The position numbers were made by a program, and so were the translations under genes. From a virus, in IMG/VR virus record IMGVR_UViG_3300048599_000435, positions 1 through 64,000 of that record: a DNA stretch of 64,000 nt; one strand, given 5' to 3'. This document shows, piece by piece, positions 58,805 to 64,000 of the stretch. The first letter of the stretch is position 1; each line of letters starts with the position of its first letter. Below the pieces are notes generated by a model. The model saw only the letters and a list, made by a program, of their open reading frames with translations. It had not been told where the DNA came from and ran no database searches.

Positions 58805-58991
58805 CACGCCTCCAGTCCTCGGAACACGCTCTCGTGCCAGTGTTAGCCTGCCGGCCTAGGCTTTCCGACCGCCACTTCCGTCTCGCCATGTGCCACCGCA
58901 TAGCGCTGGCGAACCACTCCCACCGGCCGCCAAACTCGCCCAGGCGATCCGCAAGAACGCAACCACCGAAAGTGACGGCCGGACGGCTCAT
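58794..58991 (-). pseudogene. truncated paralog of the C-terminal domain of 61725..62405
   Basis: LADRLGEFGGRWEWFASAMRWHM aligns with LADRLDEVGEKWKWVSYAFRWCM. The reading frame then runs into SRU-d. Confidence 0.3.
58834..58866 (-). repeat. degenerate solitary CRISPR-repeat unit (SRU-d)
   Basis: Plus-strand GTGCCAGTgTTagCCTGCcGGCCtAGGcTTTcc. The hairpin is kept with one G-U pair. Confidence 0.45.
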
Positions 58992-59064
58992 GGCCGGGTT
59001 CGAGCCGACACCTTCAGTGGTTAGAATCCCGACGGACTACCTTTATCCAACGACAGCGATCGAG

Positions 59065-59415
59065 TTACCGGCCGTAAACCTCGTCGTCTTTGAGGACCAC
59101 CGGCGGCTCGGCAGCGGGTCCATAGGAAACCTTGCCGGTTTCAGGGTCACGCCGCCCGACACCACCTTTCGGGGCGTAGAACGGCACGCCAAGTCCGGTG
59201 TCCACGACCGTTCCGTTCTCGTCGGATCTGCCGCTGCCGACAGATTGCGGCCGGCACACCTCGGCCTTGATCGCCGCCACGTCGGCCGCCATCGCGTCGA
59301 CCGTCGCCTTGACCTTCTCCAGAACCTCGTGCGTGCCGTTGATGCCGCACGCCACCGCCTCGATGGTCGCCACCTTCTCCAGGATCTCGTTCAGTTTGTC
59401 GACTGCCGTCGCCAT
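59065..59415 (-). CDS. hypothetical coiled-coil protein
   Basis: 116-aa ORF. Confidence 0.55.
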   Translation of the reverse strand: MATAVDKLNEILEKVATIEAVACGINGTHEVLEKVKATVDAMAADVAAIKAEVCRPQSVGSGRSDENGTVVDTGLGVPFYAPKGGVGRRDPETGKVSYGPAAEPPVVLKDDEVYGR

Positions 59416-59473
59416 GCCTTTCCCTCCGGTGTTCGCGTCTATTCTAGACCGTCATCGGCCGGCCGCCCGACAG

Positions 59474-60289
59474 TCACCTTTCTCCTCGCGGCGTATACCG
59501 GACCCAGCAGTCGCGGCACACCCAAATCAGATTGCGGTCTTCCCCGTGCCGAATGCCGCCGTACACTTGCGACCGATCGAGGTCCGACAGGACGACAGCC
59601 TTGCAGCACGGACACCGGTCGTCAGGCATGGTGATCCGTCCCACCGTGAGTTGGTAACCGCCGGCCCGCCAGATGGAGGCGGCCACCTCGCCGTCGTGCC
59701 CGGCCTCGACGGCCAGTCCGACAACCGGCTTCGGCCCCGGCTTACCGTTCGGGTTCAGGGCCGCCCACTCGGTCGCCCGGCCCCACAGGTACGAGAAGTT
59801 CTCCTGCGTCTCGATCAGGTAGTCGATCAGCCCGTGGACGCCGGAGTCCGGCGATTCGACCACGGCCGCCCCGAACGCCTTCAGTTCCGGCGTCAGCCGG
59901 TCGCCGACCCAGAACATCGTGCTCTCCGCCCACCCGCTGCCCCACAGCCGCACCTTCAGTTCGACGCACTCCCAATCGAAGTCGGGGCCGTACCCCATCA
60001 CCGCCTCGACCTTGCCGTACGCCCCGCACGGGTTCTTGACACCAGCCTGCTCGGTTCGGGTCGCCACCATCGCCCGCAGGTAAGGCAGAAGATCTACGCG
60101 GGTGTGGTTAACGGAAACAGCACGGCCCTGGTAGCACCGCACGTCCAGAAACCACTGGCCAACGGACGACTTGAGTCTCGGCGGCGGCACCCGCCCGCTC
60201 AAGATCGTCACGCCCGTGTCCGGCTTCTCCTCCCTGGTCAGGTCCGGACACACCTTTCGCAGGATCCGCTCCGCCTCGTCGGTCGTCAT
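59474..60289 (-). CDS. hypothetical protein
   Basis: ATGA-coupled ATG; 271 aa; C-terminal CPCC..CRDC. Confidence 0.6.
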   Translation of the reverse strand: MTTDEAERILRKVCPDLTREEKPDTGVTILSGRVPPPRLKSSVGQWFLDVRCYQGRAVSVNHTRVDLLPYLRAMVATRTEQAGVKNPCGAYGKVEAVMGYGPDFDWECVELKVRLWGSGWAESTMFWVGDRLTPELKAFGAAVVESPDSGVHGLIDYLIETQENFSYLWGRATEWAALNPNGKPGPKPVVGLAVEAGHDGEVAASIWRAGGYQLTVGRITMPDDRCPCCKAVVLSDLDRSQVYGGIRHGEDRNLIWVCRDCWVRYTPRGER

Positions 60290-60618
60290 AGTCGCCCCGT
60301 GTTCTCGGTGCCGGTGATGCCGTCCATCGTCATGGAAGCGTCGACGTATGCGTCGCGAATCGCCCACCCGCCGATGGCCGCGATCGCCGTCGCCTCGGCC
60401 ACGACCATCTGGTATTTCCCGCGTCCGATGAACGCGGACGGGTCGTCCACGATCTGGTCGGCCGCGTAGTCCCAGCCCCGCTCCCGGAGCCAGTCGGACA
60501 TGACCGGGGCCGGCAGCGCGGCCACCGCCTCCGGCGACCACCCGGCCCGCCGGAACAACTCGCAGATCTCCCAGAAGAACAGGTGACTGCGGTCGAAATC
60601 GCTCTCGTCGGTCGTCAT
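60286..60618 (-). CDS. hypothetical protein
   Basis: ATGA-coupled ATG. Confidence 0.55.
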   Translation of the reverse strand: MTTDESDFDRSHLFFWEICELFRRAGWSPEAVAALPAPVMSDWLRERGWDYAADQIVDDPSAFIGRGKYQMVVAEATAIAAIGGWAIRDAYVDASMTMDGITGTENTGRL

Positions 60619-61049
60619 GACAACCCTCCGGCGGCCCGGTGTCTGCCGAAGCACTGCGGCGAACAGAACCGGTAGCCGGCCCGCTTGCACTTCCGCCGGC
60701 ACCGCTCGCACCGGCCCGCCTTCGGCCGTTCGGCCAGCGGCACCCCGGCCAGCGGCGAGACGTACCCGGCGGCGTGCTTGGTCGCCCACGACTTGGCCGC
60801 CATGCACGCCCGGCACCGGAACCCGTGCCCCTCCCGCAGACTCGTGCCCCTGGACCGCACCTCGGCCCCGCACCCGCACCGCACCAGCCAGTACATGCCC
60901 TGCCGGTTGCCGACCCTCGTGACCGACAGGCCGGCCGGCCCGACGACCACCCCGTCCCCGTCCGGCTGCCGCACCCCGGTCATGTCCTTGACGTACCCCG
61001 GCAGCAGCGGGTTCGTCGGGTGCCGGTACACTTTCTTGGCCTTCTTCAC
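60615..61049 (-). CDS. multi-Cys zinc-binding protein
   Basis: GTGA-coupled start. Contains CGCG..CRAC and CERC..C..C. Confidence 0.55.
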   Translation of the reverse strand: MKKAKKVYRHPTNPLLPGYVKDMTGVRQPDGDGVVVGPAGLSVTRVGNRQGMYWLVRCGCGAEVRSRGTSLREGHGFRCRACMAAKSWATKHAAGYVSPLAGVPLAERPKAGRCERCRRKCKRAGYRFCSPQCFGRHRAAGGLS

Positions 61050-61342
61050 CGGATCGACTCCTCGTAAGCCTTCCTGTGGCCTGGGTTTATGATCCACGAC
61101 ATAACGAACTTCTCCCGGATCAGCGGCGTCGTGATCGGCGGCGTTACGACCCGTAGGTACAGCTTCGCCGCCTCGTACCACGCCCCCTTCGTCGGGAACC
61201 CGTTCTTGTACCGGTCGATCAGGAGCAGGTACGGCTCCCACCTGGGGTCACCGTTCTCCTGCAACCAGTCCGCGTACGCCGACAGCGTCTTGACGCAGTG
61301 GGGGAACTGTCGCAGGAGGTCCCGCCAGGCGGCCTCGTCCAT
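61046..61342 (-). CDS. short TIGR02996-like protein
   Basis: LSAYADWLQENGDPRWEPYLLL. Confidence 0.6.
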   Translation of the reverse strand: MDEAAWRDLLRQFPHCVKTLSAYADWLQENGDPRWEPYLLLIDRYKNGFPTKGAWYEAAKLYLRVVTPPITTPLIREKFVMSWIINPGHRKAYEESIR

Positions 61343-61728
61343 CACGGGCCGTCCTCCGCCAGTTGCGACTCGCTGAAGATGTGCAGGACGCCGTCCGCGT
61401 TCTCGACGACGTACCGCACCTTGCCGGACAACTTCTCGAAGGCGGCCACGACGACGCCCCGGAACGTGTAGTCGCCGCCGCCCTTGACCACCTTCTGGCC
61501 CCGCCGGAACTTGCCTAGGCCGAGTTCCCTGACGGCCGCCTCGTACGCCGCCATCGCCCCCTCGCGGGTGGCGAACGTCTTGCCATTCCACTCCGGGTTC
61601 GGCTCGATCAGCCGGAACAGCTTCTCCGGCAGGTAGTTGGAATACCCCGGCGAACTGGCCTTCGACGTGAACCACAGCCAGCAGCCGTCCCGACCTTTCG
61701 GCTCCCTCGGCAGTTCCAGTTCTATCAC
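61342..61728 (-). CDS. hypothetical protein
   Basis: GTGA-coupled start. Confidence 0.55.
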   Translation of the reverse strand: MIELELPREPKGRDGCWLWFTSKASSPGYSNYLPEKLFRLIEPNPEWNGKTFATREGAMAAYEAAVRELGLGKFRRGQKVVKGGGDYTFRGVVVAAFEKLSGKVRYVVENADGVLHIFSESQLAEDGP

Positions 61729-62405
61729 AGGGCCACCTCCTCGTGCAAGCGGCGGATCGCCTCGGCCAGTCCCAGGTACGCGGCCAACTGCGTCGGGTAA
61801 CTGATCAGGACCGACTCCCCAGTCGTGGCGAACAGACCTGGCGGTAGCACCGTCCACTTCCGGTGGTCACTGGCGTGCCACCACCACTCGCCGCCGTTCG
61901 AGGTGCGATACGGGAACTTGTCGTTCTTCATGCACCAGCGGAAGGCGTACGACACCCACTTCCACTTCTCCCCGACCTCGTCCAAGCGGTCGGCCAGCAC
62001 GCCCTTGGCAAGCCCGTCACTGGGCCGGCTCTCGACGGTGCGGAACAGCCCGTCGGCCGTCTCGTCGCCGAAGCCCTTGGCCCGGTCGAACGCGAACTCG
62101 TCGGCCGTCACGACTCCCACCGCCGGCGACGGTTTGATAACGGCGGAAACGCGGTCGGCGTAAAAATCGGCGAACGACGCCGCCGCCGGCCCGTCTTTCA
62201 GTCGCCTTCGTCGCACGGCCCGGTTCCGGACCTCGGCCAGGACCGACCCGGTGTAGCACCCGGCGGCGACGGACCAGAACAGGATCCACGACGGGTCCGA
62301 CCACGCCATCGACGCGAGGTAGACCAGCAGCGACAGGACGGCCACATACGCCATCGAGGCAAAGTCGCCGGCCACCGTCCGGGCCGCCATCGTCAACTCA
62401 CGCAT
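61725..62405 (-). CDS. membrane protein with two N-terminal transmembrane helices
   Basis: Transmembrane helices FASMAYVAVLSLLVYLA and ILFWSVAAGCYTGSVLA. The C-terminal domain is shared with the remnant at 58794. Confidence 0.6.
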   Translation of the reverse strand: MRELTMAARTVAGDFASMAYVAVLSLLVYLASMAWSDPSWILFWSVAAGCYTGSVLAEVRNRAVRRRRLKDGPAAASFADFYADRVSAVIKPSPAVGVVTADEFAFDRAKGFGDETADGLFRTVESRPSDGLAKGVLADRLDEVGEKWKWVSYAFRWCMKNDKFPYRTSNGGEWWWHASDHRKWTVLPPGLFATTGESVLISYPTQLAAYLGLAEAIRRLHEEVAL

Positions 62406-62616
62406 CGGGCTTCCCCCTCGCTTTAATTCTGGCGCGGGCATCGGCCTTGGCCATCCTGACCCTAGCCATCTCGGACGCCCTACAGGATCTGGACAGCCCG
62501 CCCGGCCTGAACCACTGCCTGTAGAACTCGGCCACCGGATGTTCCACCTGGCAGTTGGCACAGAACTTCACTAGGCCGACGCCGTCCAGGACGATCACCG
62601 GGGTGTCAGCGTGCAT
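62398..62616 (-). CDS. hypothetical protein
   Basis: 72 aa; contains CANC. Confidence 0.5.
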   Translation of the reverse strand: MHADTPVIVLDGVGLVKFCANCQVEHPVAEFYRQWFRPGGLSRSCRASEMARVRMAKADARARIKARGKPDA

Positions 62617-62917
62617 CCGCCGCCCTCCGCAGGTCTTCGGTTCGCGCCGCCATCATGTCGGCCGCGTTCGTCATCGCCACGGCCGCCGTCCGCTGGGCGT
62701 GCGCCTCCCGGTCGTCGGTTATCGACACCGCCCGGCGGGCCAGGTCGTCGCCGTTCTGCCGCAGCCAGTCGGCCACCTGCTCCCGCTCCTCGACCACCCG
62801 CCGCAGGACGACCGGGTCGCCGTCCTCGCACCGGCACTGGTGGAAGACGCGGTCCAGCAGCAGGTAGACGACGCCTACCAGCACCGCCGCGTACCCCAAG
62901 AACTCCCACTCGCCCAT
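62606..62917 (-). CDS. single-pass membrane protein
   Basis: TGATG-coupled ATG. Transmembrane segment FLGYAAVLVGVVYLLL. Confidence 0.5.
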   Translation of the reverse strand: MGEWEFLGYAAVLVGVVYLLLDRVFHQCRCEDGDPVVLRRVVEEREQVADWLRQNGDDLARRAVSITDDREAHAQRTAAVAMTNAADMMAARTEDLRRAADAR

Positions 62918-63180
62918 CAGGACACCTCCGGGGCCGACAGTTTCTCCAGCAGCCACTCCAGGCCGGACAACTGACGCCGAAGCTCCGTCGCGTCGTCGCT
63001 CGGCGCTATCTCGCCCATCAGGGGGAAGCCGCCCTCGTACCGCACCTGCCGGGCCAGCGCCTCGATGTCCTTGCGGAGGGCCGCCACCGCCTCGGCCGAC
63101 GGCGACGCCGACCCTTTCATTACGGCCCACGCCGCGTACCGCCGCTGCACGCACGCATCGATCAGGTCGAGCACTGTCAC
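62917..63180 (-). CDS. hypothetical protein
   Basis: GTGA-coupled start. Confidence 0.5.
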   Translation of the reverse strand: MTVLDLIDACVQRRYAAWAVMKGSASPSAEAVAALRKDIEALARQVRYEGGFPLMGEIAPSDDATELRRQLSGLEWLLEKLSAPEVS

Positions 63181-63971
63181 TTCGCGGCCTCCTTTCTGGC
63201 CCAGTCGAGCAGGACATCGGACACGGCCTCGCCGATCTCACCACTGTCGTCGAACGGGAGGCGGAGGCGGTCGTCCGGGTCGAAGGCACGCAACTCGCTC
63301 AGCGGACGCCACTCGACAACGTCCTCGTTGTAACCTGTTGTCGTACGGGAGAATCCGACGTGGATCATGAACACCCACCCGTCGTTGTCGGTCAGCGTCA
63401 GCTTCGTCACCGGGTGGTCGCGGACGACCTTCGGTCCGTTAGCCGTACCACGGCCGGTCCCATGACAGTTGCGGCACTTCCTGTACAAGTTCTTGTGCCC
63501 GGAGTACACCACCTCTTCTCCCTCTCCGCCGCACGACCGGCACGTCGGGCCGACCCACCAGTCGAGCGGGCACTTCACCTCGTCGATGAACCCACGATGC
63601 AGGCGGAACGCCCGTGGCTCATCCCGGAACGTGTGGAACGACGGCTGGACCACGAACCCATCCGTCTCGTACCGGCCGCCGAAACAGCCGAAGTCCCAGA
63701 CGCCGACTACACTGGCCCACAGTTCGCCGGCCCTACACGCCAGTGAACACCGTGCGCACCCGTAGCCACCGATTAGGCTTCGGCAGGTGTCGCAGCACTT
63801 GTCCGTGTTGGCTGCCTCGATCTGGGTGCGGATAAACTCGGCGTACGTCGGCTCGCCGTTCTCTTCCAGGTAGTCGGCCAGAACCAGTCGCGGTACGTCC
63901 TCCGTCGGGTGGTCCAGCACCGTCCGGCACAGCGCCCGGTACTCGTCCGTGTCGGTCACTTTCACCGGCAC
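63177..63971 (-). CDS. TIGR02996 domain-containing protein (family paralog)
   Basis: EDVPRLVLADYLEENGEPTYAEFIRTQ, RGFIDEVKCPLDWW, CRSCGGEG and CRNCHGTGRGTANGPK, HPVTKLTLTD. Confidence 0.75.
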   Translation of the reverse strand: MPVKVTDTDEYRALCRTVLDHPTEDVPRLVLADYLEENGEPTYAEFIRTQIEAANTDKCCDTCRSLIGGYGCARCSLACRAGELWASVVGVWDFGCFGGRYETDGFVVQPSFHTFRDEPRAFRLHRGFIDEVKCPLDWWVGPTCRSCGGEGEEVVYSGHKNLYRKCRNCHGTGRGTANGPKVVRDHPVTKLTLTDNDGWVFMIHVGFSRTTTGYNEDVVEWRPLSELRAFDPDDRLRLPFDDSGEIGEAVSDVLLDWARKEAAK

Positions 63972-64000
63972 ACCCCCTGTAGGCCGAACGTCGCCATCGC

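Overview
High-GC (roughly 60-65% by eye), gene-dense window that reads as a tailed-phage or prophage segment. The host is probably a Planctomycete of the Gemmata type, inferred from about a dozen TIGR02996-like 'PRLVYADWLEE' paralogs. All names come from motif recognition by eye; no BLAST or HMM search was run.

Layout:
- 1-28.5 kb, plus strand: TIGR02996-family paralogs, a SAM methyltransferase, tail-fibre and tailspike-like genes, and holin-like and secreted proteins including an S8 protease. A DNA-metabolism module follows: ParB-like nuclease, SWIM protein, Rad52-like annealase, SF2 helicase carrying an intein, Toprim primase-like protein, DHH phosphoesterase, RdgC-like protein, ThyX and RusA.
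- 28.5-55 kb, minus strand: about 70 small ORFs joined by ATGA/GTGA/TGATG stop-start overlaps. At least eight near-identical sigma70-like promoters (TTGCAT-CCCnnnnGGG-TATAAT) drive them. The block includes an XRE-type HTH protein and a sliding-clamp-like protein.
- 55.4-64 kb, minus strand: another long operon.

Main finding: a compact type V CRISPR-Cas locus at 33.4-35.9 kb. It has a 609-aa TnpB/Cas12-like RuvC nuclease, a 7-repeat array directly downstream, and a promoter-proximal mini-array. No cas1, cas2 or cas4 is visible. Four degenerate solitary copies of the repeat lie on the same strand at 28.5, 38.3, 41.3 and 58.8 kb.

Other points of interest:
- a 25-nt conserved motif before at least eight genes, including the cas12-like gene
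- an intein whose LAGLIDADG domain is in a different reading frame from its splicing domains
- a promoter-plus-terminator-bounded candidate sRNA
- tRNA-like T-arm/acceptor fragments
- low-GC insertions

No capsid, portal, terminase, integrase or reverse transcriptase gene was recognised. Many long ORFs in the supplied track are Arg/Pro/Gly-rich antisense or off-frame artefacts of the high GC content. Many N-termini were trimmed to starts that overlap the upstream stop codon.
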